A stretch of DNA of 64,000 bases. Origin: Vicugna vicugna. Its lineage: Eukaryota. Below the pieces are notes generated by a model. That model ran no database searches and was not told where the DNA came from. It was given only the letters and a program-made list of their open reading frames with translations. Position numbers and translations under genes: made by a program. The DNA lies in NCBI GenBank assembly GCA_013265495.1, contig MU058444.1, positions 1,426,001-1,490,000 of the forward strand, in the 5' to 3' direction. Positions 23,946-36,450 of the stretch are shown piece by piece (positions within the stretch are counted from its first letter, which is position 1; each line of letters starts with the position of its first letter).

Positions 23946-26401
23946 CCCCCTCTCATTTTCACACATTAAATATTTCACATATTAAATAGCAGGTGGTCAG
24001 CAATGTCAGATGCTGAGAAAAATAGAAAGAATAAAAACTGTGTCTGTAAGATTTGGAAGCACGAGGAATGTCAGTGGACAATCAGTAGAGTGGATTATGG
24101 GAGTCAAATTCCAGTGGATGGAGGGGTGAATAAAAAGACAAAAAAGTAATGGGATTTAGAGCAAAGTTTTAAATCATGAGTTTGACTAAGACATGGAGAA
24201 GAAAAACAGCGTGGGATTTGGGGCAAAGAGAGTCACACAGAGGGATTTTTAGTTAATGCAAGAAACATGAAATATTTATAGGACACATTTAAATTCATAA
24301 CATCTTCTCGTATTTCAACACCAGAAGAAATGCATGTAGACAGACGACACTGACAAGCTTCCAAAATAAGCTTATGCTTGGTGACTTCTCCGTAACACTG
24401 CTGTTGGAGTTCACATGTAAAACTGCTTTACAAATGAAATCACTCCTTAGCAGGGGGAATCGGGTAAAGTAATACGCGTGGGATGAGTCGTTGGATGGGA
24501 CCCTCATTCATCGTTTGTCGAAATCTGTTTTTTCATAGGCTTGTGGCAAATAAATTCTCTTGCTTGTTTCTAAACATGATTAACAAACATTTCTCACTGG
24601 TATCTTATTACTTGGGCAGAACGTGTAGGACTTACAGCTCCTCTGAAGAGCCTCATTATAAGTCTACCTTCATAAAGCAAAAAAGTCACAATTATAGGCA
24701 GAGTTGGTATCCACTTAATTTCAACAATTACTTGCTCTACTTAGGCTCTGCTTAGTATTAGGAAAACAAAATAATTAAGCCCTTCGAGTCACCTTTCTGA
24801 GCTTTTATTCTTCTTTAAATGAAGATCAAAATCCTATCTACTTCATAAAAAGATATGCAAATAAAAATGTTATGCAAATTACCAAAATTGCTATTTTCTT
24901 ACCAAAACATATTTATGGCATGTGAGTATGCATATAAAAAAGTTGTATGTCTTATGCTTGGTGACATAATTAGGGTCAGAAGTGATTCATGCAGTTAGTA
25001 TTCTGAAAGTCCTTTAATAACCTGTACTTATATATTTTGGATAGAAGAAGCCATTCATTTTCTTTGAATTTATACTATTGATAAGTATAATCCATAATGA
25101 ACCTTTGTCCCTAAATTCAATTAGAGGAAAAAAATTATGGTGAAAACTTACCAAAAGGCAATAAAGTTATGTATATAATCAACCATGAGATAATGAAAGA
25201 GAAATATTCTTTAGATTGTTTTAGTTGCAAGCATAAGTATGTGTGCATGTGTGTATACATATGCATTTTATATATACAAATACATATATATGGAGAGAGA
25301 GAGAGAAAGAGAAAGAGAGAAGAAATAGTTCACCAGGGGCATAAACATTCTGCTGTCTAACCAAGAAGCTCTAAATCTGGCCAAGAAAAACTTTGGGAAA
25401 TTGCCTACAAGATACACAGATAAATTTTAGAGGAAAAGTGAAAATTCTCCTCTATTTCCACGAGGCATGAACCTTGTAGAGCATGGTGACATCTGCACCT
25501 TTCCCAAAATGTCTACTGTGATAACTGTTTCACCTCCTTCCATCTCCTTTTTGTCTCTGAATAGCTTATCACACCCGGTAAAAATGTCACGATGGCCACC
25601 CAAGAAGAAAGCATACGTCTTTCTCTGGGTATCGGACATAAATCCCACCACACCACTGGAGGAACCTGATATTCCAGGAGCTCTAAGAGTACAGGACACG
25701 TTAACAAGGACGGCAAATTAATCAAGGATATTCTTTGGGGTTTATAATGTCAAATTTTCTCTCCTGAGCAAGTTCAGCTCAAAAGTTAGAATTTGACTCT
25801 GTTAGCTGACTGATATTTTTTTCAGGTGGCAATTTTTTTTGTCCCCAAACCAATGCAAGATCACAAGCTTCTGTAAATCTCACAGAACACAAATTTTCAG
25901 AATATCTGAATCAATGCCGTATCTACATTTAAAAGGCACAGATGCTAATAGGTAAACTAGATAATATTAAGTGGAATTGAATGACAAGCATGGCAAAAAA
26001 AAAAAAAAAGGAAGGGAAACAAGTTGAAGTCCTATGATGAAAATTCAATCCCTTTTTCTCTCTGCAGAATTTTTTTAATGCCAAGATACTGTTAATGTTA
26101 GCAGGTTTCCTAGCATTATGTCATCCCCAATTTTTTTTCGCTGCAGAGAGATCTAAACATGTGCTACTGAATACACACGCACATGCACGAGAGATTCCTT
26201 CACTCAGCGAGAAACAAAGAAGTGCATCCGTTACACACGTAGCCCAACCACGTTCAATGCCCTCTAATGAATGAGTGATCTATGCAGTTCAAATTCCTAA
26301 GGACTCTTACGACCTCAACTATGAAATCGTCAAAGAAAAATTGCCTTTATGGCATAAATTATTCCCACTTTTAGGTTTATAACTTAAATCTTTAACTAGA
26401 G

Positions 26402-26599
26402 CAGGATTTCCCAACCTCAGTATTATGGACAATGCGGACCAGATCATTCTTTATTGGGGTGAGGCGTGTCTCGTCCATGGCAGAAGGTTTAGCGGCATCC
26501 TCCATTAGATGCTGATAGACCCCCATCCTTCCACCCTCACCAACAATGACAACCAAAAATGCCTCCTGAGAGCCGAATCCCCTCAGCTGGGAACCACTG
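26402..26599 (+). mobile_element. MER20 (hAT-Charlie) fossil
   Basis: CAGGATTTCCCAACCTCAG...TGACAACCAAAAATG...GGGAACCACTG. Degenerate 8-bp TSD AACTAGAG/AAGTAGGG. Confidence 0.85.
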
Positions 26600-27176
26600 A
26601 AGTAGGGCTTGATTCCCTCATACTGCAGAAATGCACATCATGCTGGTGTGCTGTCCTGTATCCTCAGAGAAGAAAGCACCGACCATCCTCAGAGCCCAGG
26701 AAATCTTCCTGGGTGGAAACTGTCCATGTACGTTCTGAAGTATGTCCACAGAAGAATCACAAACCTCAGAGAAGCAGGAGCGGCGGGGAGAGATGATGTA
26801 CTGTGAACTAGGATGATGACAGCTCAACTAAATACATCCAAGCAGGGAAGGTGGCGACTGACAGCCCGCAGGCTGGCTGAAAACATGTTCACAACAGAGC
26901 ATAGAAATGTATGGTCAGAGCAGAAAGTTCGGCAGCGGTTGAATTATACTCAGCATATTTTCTTTAGGGAGTATATAAATATATATATGTGTGAAAAAAT
27001 TAATTCAAGTAAATCACTTAGCACAGTGCCAGACACATGGTGAGTGCCCATTAAATTGGTAAGTGCTGGCTGCTGGTAGTAAACATACTGCTGGCACTGA
27101 TACTTCCATTCGTATTACTTAATTCTTTAGGCATTTAAATATGTGAATGCTTAGGAATAGTTCTTCTAGGATACCG

Positions 27177-27258
27177 CTGTCTCTCTCTCTCTCTCTCTCT
27201 CTCTCCCTCTCCCTCTCCCTCCCTCTCTCTCCCTCTCCCTCCCTCTCTCTCTCTCCTC
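27177..27258. repeat. (CT)n/(CTCTCC)n polypyrimidine repeat
   Basis: Directly visible, followed by L2-like CCTACTCATCTTCAAAGGCTCAACTCAAG. Confidence 0.9.
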
Positions 27259-29842
27259 TAACACAGTGTTCCTACTCATCTTCAAAGGCTCAACTCAAGG
27301 CTGAACTCCTCCCAGTGGCTTTTCCTGAAGTCCCTCCCCCTACCACGTGAAGAACTAATTTCCCCTCCCCTGGTGTTTCCACACCACGTACTGCACCCTC
27401 ACGTCACCCTGCTCGGCACGTTGTATTATAGTTATCGAAGCCTGCGTGTGGCAAGCCCACCACAGCCCCAGCCTCAGGCTGTGGGCTCTGGGGATCTTAT
27501 TTACTCGCCTCACATCCCCTGCGCCAGCCACGTGTAGGGGCTCAGTAAAAGCATACCCCACTCAGCTGCCTTATCTGGAAAATTCAATCACGTGGAGACC
27601 TCATTTCCCAATAATGCCAGATATATGAGGTGTGACTAAAGAGTGATGCCTTCTCTATAGAATTTGGGGCTGTCGGCCTCACATGAAAAGATTAAATAAG
27701 TGAAATGATGCGAAGCACGTTAAGCTTTGCCCAAGAAAAATAAAGATTTGGATAAATATCAGAACACGCTTTTAAATTGCACACATTTAAATTAAATATG
27801 AGCAGGGATAAATGGGGGAGGTGGGGGAGGGGAGGAACGAAATATATAACTTTAAGAGTTTTAAGTCCTGCGAAGATAAGTAAGTGTGAAAAGAGATGAC
27901 ATAATGGGTCTGCCTCTTTCTTATTTAATTACACAACACCGTCAAAGAATTTATAGACTAGATGGCTAATAGATCAGACAATGTCTTGACTATAAAACGT
28001 ATCTATAAAAGGTCAGTCTAAATTATTGTCCCCACCCTGACACTCCCAGATGATATCTTAGGAAAAGTGAGCTTTAAATATGTGAAATGTATATGTACAC
28101 ACACATAGATGTTTGCATTGTCAAACGCACTGTCTTAAAGAGTATGGTCTGCCATGACTTTTCAATTGTTTCTCAGTTGAACCCAAAACACTAAGTACAT
28201 AGATAAAATCCACAAGTTTGAAGACAGAAGTTTTAAGAAGCGAACTTACGCTTGACAATGCCCAGAAAAACCAGTTCATTTTCCTATCTCCATTTTAGTT
28301 CTCGATTTGAGAAACACACGAGACCACAAGTAATCAATACTGAACCAGGAATAATAATAACTGGATATTAAAATCAGTGTTTTAGATTGAAATTCTTTCC
28401 ATTTTAACTGTGATCGCATGATATATAAGTGAAGTATTTTTAATCCATTCCTTTCCCATTTTCAGAGAATTAAAGTCAAAGTTCCCAATTGGCAGGAAAC
28501 ATTTCTGTAAAACAAGGGAAAGAAAATATCTCCTTTTTCTGTGGGGAAAAAAATGTCTTTCGCAGCTTAAGAAAAAATTAGAGCAACTCATTTTTAAATC
28601 CTAGGGTTCAGTTTAGTTTAGTTTTGATCTTTGCCCCTCTCTACCTGGAAATGTTGGGGTCACTGTTTTGTAAAGAAATGTGTAACAAAATTATTTCATT
28701 ATCTTCTCTCTTTATTGACTATACTTCAGCTTGTTTCTGATTGTAAAATGAATTTTTGCTATAAAAATTTAGAAAGTACAGAAAGGAAGAAGAATTAAAA
28801 TTTAAAATTACCTGCAAGCTTGCAATGAACACTTGATGCTTCCTTCCAACCTGCTTTCCACATGAATTTATAACTAATATAATTATGTGTATTAAGTGTA
28901 AATGAAATTTGTTTCTCACTTTTGCAATGAACATTATAGTCGGAGCACTTTCCAGTTGTTACTAAATATTTTTAAAACACAATTTCTACTTCCTCTATTA
29001 AGTATAGCATTTCCATTTTCCAGAAAACAACTGAATTTTAGAGAAGAATTTGACTATCTAAAATTTGCGTTCCCAGGGTCAAGTTCATAGCTCCAGGGTT
29101 TGTAAGTTGGATGGTGTTCATTTCATTATTAGACTTAAAATGTACTGATTCCTTTTATACGAATCAAAGATCAGGTAAATTTTTATTAAGTAAAGTCACC
29201 TAGAAACATTTTGCTAACTTTTTCTTTACAGAAACAGTAGCAAACAGTAGCTATTATTATTGTAATAAACATCTCCTTTTGGTAATGCTTTGTATGCAAA
29301 CCTCTAAACCCTAGTAAAATAGATGCTCCGATTAAGCTGTACGAGTATATATTAACGGATGTATTTATTAAACAGCAACCCTGGTCTTTGCCCTGTGATA
29401 AGCACTAGTCCTTCCCACATCACCTGAAATATTCCTTATTGTTCTGAAACACTTGTTTTTGCTTTAATTATTTTTTATAGAGTTATAAACTGAGACACCA
29501 AGAGGTATATCAATTTCCCCATGTGGGAATTCCAAAGACCATGCCCCTACTGCCATACATTATTATTTTCTATAGTGACTTTGAAATTCAAAATAGAAAC
29601 CTGAAATACTCTAAGAGGCATATGTCCTGTTTCTCCATCTTCTCTTCTTGCTTTGGAAGAGAAAATGGAGTCTAAAAAGGAGGTCCCAGATGTACAGATT
29701 AATGACAGGGCATCAGATTGTACTTTCTTATACTACAGATTAATAAACCACTGGCAGTGAATGAATGCCTTTTTCAAAGATAAAGAAGGCATTTTGCTAG
29801 AAATTCTCCCACTTAATCAAGGGTATCAAAATTGAAATGTAT

Positions 29843-30342
29843 ACAAATGACTGGATAAAGAAGTTGTGGTATATTTATACAATGGAATACTACTGGGCCA
29901 TAAAAAAGAATAAAATAATGCAATCTGCAGCAACATGGATGGACCTGGGGATCGTCATTCTAAGTGAGCCAGAAAGAGAAAGAAAAATATCATAGGATAT
30001 CACTCATATGTGGAATCTAAAAAAGAAAAAGAAAAAGAAAAAAGAGGACACTAATGAGCTAATCTACAAAAGAAACAGATTAGCAGACATTGTAAACAAT
30101 CTCATGGATACTGGAGAAAGGGGGTGGGAAAGGATAAAGTTGGGAGTTTGAGATTTGCAAATTGTTAACCACTATATAAAAAAATAGATAAAAAACAAAT
30201 TTCTTTTGTATAGCACAGGGAGCTATATTCAATATCTTTAATCAAAAAAATGAAAATAAATATACGTATATATATGCATAATGGGGACATGATGCTGTAT
30301 ACCAGAAATTGATACATTGTAACTGCCTATACTTCAATAAAC
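29843..30342 (+). mobile_element. 5'-truncated LINE-1 3' end
   Basis: GACTGGATAAAGAAG...ACAATGGAATACTAC...ACTTCAATAAA, same family as 3780-4408. No clean TSD. Confidence 0.92.
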
Positions 30343-31149
30343 AAAAAATATTTCAAAATGTATTATTAATAAACAATCAGCATGGGTTCATTCAGAAATA
30401 AATCTACAAATTATTATCAATAGAATCTTCTCTTAGTATGCACATGTGAGTTTGTATGTTTCAGAGATTGAAACCAATAATTGGGGAAAAACTTCCATCA
30501 CCATTAGGGAAAACAACACAAAAGCAATGAGTACAGCATCACCCCACAAGAGGAAAACCATAATTCAGCAACAGTATGCAAAGCAAGAGAATACCAATCA
30601 AAGATACACGCATACTAGATTTTAGAAATCATTTTTCAAAGACTTAGGTATAATATTAGTGAAATTCTGGATCTTAGACTAGATTTAAACCATGTTAAAA
30701 TAAATAAAGACTTGGCCAAATTATACCCAAGAATACTGAAAGAGCATGCAAAACCAGTTGTAGAAACATTGAGAATAATTTGTTTAAAAGCAGCTATAAT
30801 TAGTTTCAAGACAAAGTTTCAAGACAGACAAATGCTCTATTTTTAAAGAGAGATGAAATTTCCCGAAACTATAAGGTCTGATTAAGCATTTTTAGTGCCA
30901 TTTTAAGCTTTAATAATTTGGGGGGCATAAATGCTACAAACTCACAAAAACCATCATTTAAAAAATTGAATTATATAAATTAACTGTACACTTCTTTAGC
31001 TTCGCGAATCCATTTTGTGTATGTGGAAAGACAGAAGTTTTAAGAGATGGTAACACAATACTAAAAAATATTTCAAAATATATTATTAATAAAAAGTCAG
31101 CATGGGTTCACTCAGAAATAAATCTACAGATTATTATCAATAGAATCTT
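30343..31149 (+). repeat. 87-bp dispersed direct repeat (30343-30429 and 31063-31149)
   Basis: Ungapped manual alignment with 5 mismatches, offset 720 bp. Confidence 0.92.
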
Positions 31150-32520
31150 AGTCCTATTTTCATCATTGCTATTATGTCTTAAATCATACAGTTCACATAC
31201 GTAGAAGATAGAGTGAAAGGAAAAAAGGAATAGCTTGTTCATTGGATGACATTCAAAACCATCCTGAGCGGGAAAATCAATGGACCTAAATAAAAGTTAG
31301 GACCTTTCACTGTAATCAATGTATACGTCTGTATTTAGATTCAAACAATTAATAAATATATTCCAGAGGACAGAGGCCCAGCGTACCAATAGTTCTCGTT
31401 AAAAAAAAATACTTGTTGTGTTAAATAACCGAGAACAAATTCAACATTCATAAAAAGATACTGCAAATGGCCTAAAATAAAGATAATTCAAGCATTTCAG
31501 TATGTGTTCATGGAAGTAGCATCTCATTCATGGGTAATAATAATTTCAAAACTGTAAATCATACCAAGCGAATTCATAGTGCTGAGGCTAAAAATTACTT
31601 AAGGCATTATTCCTCCTCTAAAGAGCTCACAGTCTAAGAGTGGAAAAAGACACAGAAAAGAGGATTATAAATAAAATATCCGTTAGCTATGGCCATGTAA
31701 GTAAACAATATTGGGAGCATTATTTTCAGTTCTAGTTATTTAATTTTTAAAACCACACCACCATCATCATTCAGTATTTAAAAAAATAAGGCAGTAAGCC
31801 AGGCCCTGTCTATGTGAGGAAGGAAAAAAAATATGAGTATCCTCATTTTATAAGTGGAACCACAGGACTGAGACTTAAAAACAACAAATAAAAAATTCAC
31901 CCACAGACAAATAGCTAGTTAAGTGTTAGAGCTGAGAAAAGAACAGAGACCATTCTGCCTTGGAATGACTGCTTTTAAAATAACAGTGTACAGAGATCAG
32001 TATTTACTGAGGGCTGTCCTCCTGAGCCAGTGTTTCATAGGATATCAAGGATTACAAACCCAAAGGAAAAGATTCCGCCGTCGAATAATTCTGAGGAAGA
32101 CCAGGTAAGGCAAAGTTGACGGGTTTCCTTCCTATAAAGCCTTTGCAAGACTTTGCTATTCGGATACCCACTGTGAATGTCCTAAAACACAGTCTAACAA
32201 GTAGACTTTTCAAATGCGCCTGACCCCAAACTCTGTTTATTCTTTTCCTTCTTTGAGTGTTGGGCGAGGGGGGCTGGTGTTCCGTGGAAGACCCACTGGG
32301 AAATCCCACACACCAGAAGACCAAGAAAAATCCAAACACCAGACACTGGAAATATTCAACAAGGAGAGAAAGGGCCTTAGAGAGGACATAAGAGCTGTCG
32401 TTAATTATTTGTCCCATCAAAGAAGAACACTGTATTTCACCGAGAGAAAGATCTAGACTTAATGAGTGAGAACTACTGGAGTAAGCTTCACCTCAACATA
32501 ACACTTCAATCAGAATTTTT
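30700..32520 (+). mobile_element. Fragmented CR1/L3 LINE remnant
   Basis: Degenerate LYPRILKE.A...E.L.II (near 30720), SQHGF (AGTCAGCATGGGTTC, 31095) and 3' motif AGAGGACATAAGAGCTGTC (near 32380). Interrupted by other sequence. Confidence 0.6.
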
Positions 32521-33189
32521 TTTAAATGCAAGGTCTGTCCGACAAAAGTGCTAATCACTTGTCATAGGTGTCACCCAAGCAATTTCTGCCTTTTGGGTGA
32601 AAATGCCATAAGGTCCCTTTGGGGTGAAACACCAAATTCTTGTATTTGGTGGCTCATTTGCTGAGGTTTTCAAACATTTAGTCTGTCACATTATTTTGCA
32701 CCATTTTGAATGCACAGAGACATACAGGTTTACCGTCAGAATCAATCGCAAATACAATGTCTTCTGTCAAAATACACGTAACCCTATGGACAATTTACAC
32801 TTACAGGGAAAAATACAGCCCCTCTTCTCTAACTTGCAAAACACCAAGTGCTTTACATCATCTTAATGATTAATTTCATGTGTGCAGAATAAAAAGGAAG
32901 TTTTTTTTTCATTTACAAAATGAGGCAGTGGGCCTGGAAAGCTTTTGGTGGAGACGGCAGGGCATGAAACGATTGAGCACACAGACTGGTGTCAGGAGAA
33001 GGGAAAAGCTGAGGAGAAATGTACCAGACACGTTTCAGATCAGTTACTTTTCTGTGTATCTATACCTGACCTTCACTGCCACTATGCTCAAAGAAAGCAC
33101 GATTTGACAGATCAGGAGGGTTTTCTATGGATTTGACCACAATGTAACATTTGTTTGCTAAGATAATAAATCAGATATAAAGTTGATAC

Positions 33190-33382
33190 CTATTTGCGTA
33201 TTCCTTGATGATCTGGTAGATGCTTATCTTAATCGTTTCATTTTCAAATCGGTTGTGGCTCCGGTCCTTGTATATCCGGAATTCTGCTGCCGTGACTGCT
33301 TCTCCATGAGGAATTTGAGTAAGATCAAACCGGAATTCTTTGTAATGCCTTCGCTGGTGAGAAAAATCCTTGTCCCTTTCAA
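33190..33382 (-). CDS. BMP5: BMP5 coding exon 2 (prodomain), 193 nt
   Basis: Manual translation of the reverse strand gives (V)[63 protein letters not shown](R), which I recognise as the BMP5 prodomain. Acceptor ttcAG at 33383-33384, donor AG|GTATC at 33188-33189. Not in the ORF track. Confidence 0.97.
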
Positions 33383-33384
33383 CT

Positions 33385-33386
33385 GA

Positions 33387-33436
<50 letters not shown>
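33385..33436 (-). repeat. (TTTC)13 tetranucleotide microsatellite directly abutting the exon 2 acceptor AG
   Basis: Perfect (GAAA)13 on the + strand, immediately adjacent to the CT (=AG) at 33383-33384. Confidence 0.95.
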
Positions 33437-33438
<2 letters not shown>

Positions 33439-33446
33439 GAGAAAAT

Positions 33447-33454
33447 GTTAGTCC
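33447..33454 (-). promoter_or_regulatory. Candidate branch point for BMP5 exon 2 (GGACTAAC)
   Basis: Sense sequence ggactaacattttctctc(tttc)13ag. Matches the yUnAy/CTAAC consensus, with no AG between it and the acceptor. Confidence 0.6.
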
Positions 33455-34338
33455 TTTATAAAATATGGAAATTAATGGTAAATTCTGTAGCTTTGAAAAT
33501 GAAAACAAACAAGCAGGATGTTATAAAACTGGGAAAACACTAAAACCGCAGCCTTAGACGTGTTTCCAGTTGAAGGAAATTCCACAAACCAACAGCCTCG
33601 AGTTCAAAAGCAATAGAACCTCTGTGGTTTTCTACAAATTCCTGGCTCCTCAATGGAAAGGTTATCCAAAAATGTTTTTAAAAGGGAAGGTTGTAAAGTT
33701 ATTGCTAGTATGTATCAAGGACCAGAACAGAGGAGGGTTCATACAGGAATTAGGACTCTGTGACAGAAATACTCTGGAGTTCCAGGTGAAGTCAGCGGTG
33801 AGATTTAGCACAGCCAAGGGAGGAAAGAAGGAAGGAACTGCAGGCTCAGTGGGACTGTGTTTATGAAATTGTAGAGGTCAAGTAAATAAAACAAAGTCAC
33901 TTTCATGAGAAAGATGCTTTCGAAAATGTCTTCCCCAGAAGAGGTTTTGTTTCCTCCCTTTTGCAAACAAAATGCTCTTCTTTAAAAAAAACCAAAAGAA
34001 AAAAAAAGTTCTTATAGATTATTGAGTACAACTTTGCATCTGGGGTAAGGCATCCAACCTCCCAATGACCTCTGTCTGTTCTCACGCAGGATTGAGAGGG
34101 GAACGTATTTCTCCCTTCAGTAACCTTTCTGCCAAATGAGGTCAGAGAATTTCTCTTTTTGGGAATATTGAGGAATGTGGGAGAATTCAGGACAGTAAGT
34201 GTCAGGCATCTCATTACATCATCTAGCTTTGTAAGAGAGTGTGTATTGTTTGATACAGTCTATGCTGGGTACCAAAAGCTTTCTGGAGGAGCTACCTATT
34301 GAAAGGGCTCATTTTTAGTCATGAATGCCTCACCATTT

Positions 34339-34855
34339 TAGAATAGGGAATAACAAATTTGACTCCACATTAGATCTGTTTCTTTGGTTCTAACCTGGGC
34401 TCTGTTTCCTGTGCTGAGTCAGGCTGGTTCCGCACCTTTTGTGAAAGACTGTTGCCTAGAGCCTGAAATAGACAGGAGAGCCCATTCTCAAGGCTCTGAC
34501 CTTTAAAGGTATAACACTTTCCCATTCATATAGAAATAAAAAGTTGCAGAATGGAATATAACATTTGTTTTGTTGGAGGTTTAGGGGGACACCATGACCT
34601 GATCCACGTGGACAGCTGCAAGAACAAAGGATTTCGACACCAAGAAGTTTTGCAACAACCAACCACACCCCTTCCCCTTTTTAGTATAAAAGGAGCCCGA
34701 ATTCTGATTTGGGGAAGATGGTTCTCCAGGACATTCGTCGCCCATCTTAGTCTGCCAGCTTTCTGAATGAAGTCATCATTCCTTGCCCCAACACCTCGTC
34801 TCCTGATGTATTGGCCTGTCGTGCAGCGAGCAGAACTAGTTCGGACTTGATAACA
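34339..34855 (+). mobile_element. ERV1 solo LTR (MER41-like laurasiatherian family)
   Basis: GAATAGGGAATAACAAATTTGACTCCA start, TATAAAA at 34685-34691, mutated polyA signal AATGAA at 34766-34771, TAACA end, 4-bp TSD ATTT (34335-34338 / 34856-34859). Confidence 0.8.
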
Positions 34856-35939
34856 ATTTGATGGAGTTAAGTTTCTCAGCATTGGTAGGTTTCTCAAAAT
34901 CTCAGATATGTTAGATAATATGGGAGAGGTTACAACAAAGTCCACTGCAAAGGGCTGTGTTCCCCATGTCTCACGATTATAACTTAAATTAATGTTTTCT
35001 AAATGAATCCAGTGATGTTCCATTGCTAAACTTTGGTTACAAGAAGATTTTTAAAATATGTTACATGAAAGATTTATAATGTCCAAAAGTTGGATTAAGA
35101 TACAAAAATATCTTTAGAAGGTTCATTGAAGTTACACTAACATTGCTAGAAGTACATGAAACTTGGGATCCAAAATTAGAGGAGAGTCAAGATTAAGGGA
35201 GAGAGAAGACAGTTATCATTCAGGAGTGATTCTGGGGAACAGAGGCTGCTAGACCCTAAGCTCCAGCGCCAGACGGGGTTCCATTTCTGAGAGGATGCTC
35301 ACGACAAAGGAGCCTACAATTCCTTGCCTTCATCCTTCAAAATAATTGGTTTCTTTTCCCCACAGGAGTAGGAGGTGGTTTAGGAGAGTGAGAAGCTCAG
35401 ACCCACGTCCACCTGAGACATCTATGCTGCAGAAAAGAAATGTAAGCCACACCAGGAGACATTTCCATCCCATGGACTTGGCAAGAATGGTGTTCTTGGG
35501 CTGGCTGGCTTACGCCAACACCACCTCACAAGACTCATGAAGTTTCGTTTTATGTAAATATCATTATCTCGGTCCTAATCCGTTCCCGGGGAGATGATTA
35601 ATTAGCTTTTCCCTAAGTAAGGAAGATGGCTGCAGTTTTAGGATCCTATTTTGGTCCATAATTTAAACCTCTTTTCTGTCTGAACTTCGGCTGGCGGTAG
35701 TGCAGACGGCTAACGCTGGGTCTCCATCTCCGTTGGTCCATTCTCCCAACTGAGCCATGTGAGAGGGAGGCGTGAGGGCAGAAAATATCTACAAACTGGA
35801 TACCCAGTAACTTGAGTGTACATATGAATATTGAAGCTAGTCGCAGCTCTTGTTTACAGAGAACTTCCTTTAATTCACTGAAAACACGTTCTTTTCTGAT
35901 CCCAATTTAAAGGAAGTAGATGACATTATGAAACAGTAT

Positions 35940-36135
35940 TTAAAGAGCACTGTTCTAAGCATTTTATTAATCTTAACATATTACACTTCGTAACAACCTA
36001 GGAGGTCTGCTTTGTTATCACCCTCGTTTTGAAGACGAGGAAACTGACGAAGTGTAGAAAAGAGACGCCTTGCCAAAGTATTTGAACCCAGGCATTGGAT
36101 GCCAACCAAGCGATGGTTCTCAAACTCCAGGATAC
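35940..36135 (-). mobile_element. MIR remnant
   Basis: GCACTGTTCTAAGCATTTT...GTTTTGAAGACGAGGAAACTGA...ATTTGAACCCAGGCA. Confidence 0.7.
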
Positions 36136-36214
36136 GCTGCTGCTTCTGCTCAGAGACTGTTACTTTGTCCTAATTTACTAAGAATTTATGCTTTCATAAA
36201 GATCTGAAATCTTG

Positions 36215-36450
36215 CATTCGTAAGTCCCAAATCCAAAAAGCTTTGAAAACTGAAAATTTGGCTTCAAGTTCATTTGGCAGAAGAAGTGGAAATTAACTCA
36301 TCTGAGGTGATTTTCAAGTCCTTGTTTATCCCACTTTATGCGCATAGCTTTGCTGCAAAATGTCCGTGTGTTTCACTAAGCGGCGTGGTCCCCAGCTCTG
36401 CTTGAGGGGTTCCATACTCTATGCCACAAGCACTAGCCAGTCATTCAAAA
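36215..36450. mobile_element. Probable TcMar-Tigger-type DNA transposon remnant
   Basis: AAATCCAAAAAGCTTTGAAAACTGAAA...TTCATTTGGCAG...TTTATCCCACTT resembles a recalled consensus. Subfamily not assigned. Confidence 0.45.

Noticed and set aside
25427..25725. Overlapping ORFs on both strands suggesting a hidden exon
   Set aside because: No recognisable protein similarity and no convincing splice-site pair. Exons 2 and 3 already join in frame.
28221..31045. Exact 18-bp match AAGACAGAAGTTTTAAGA at 28221-28238 and 31028-31045
   Set aside because: Too short and AT-rich to exclude chance, and it does not bracket a single recognisable element. Noted only because it lies next to the 87-bp duplication source.
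33224..33508. 94-aa minus-strand ORF overlapping exon 2
   Set aside because: Wrong reading frame and runs through the (TTTC)n repeat. The true BMP5 frame is different.
34456..35023. ORFs of 70-165 aa over the LTR
   Set aside because: Chance ORFs within non-coding LTR sequence.
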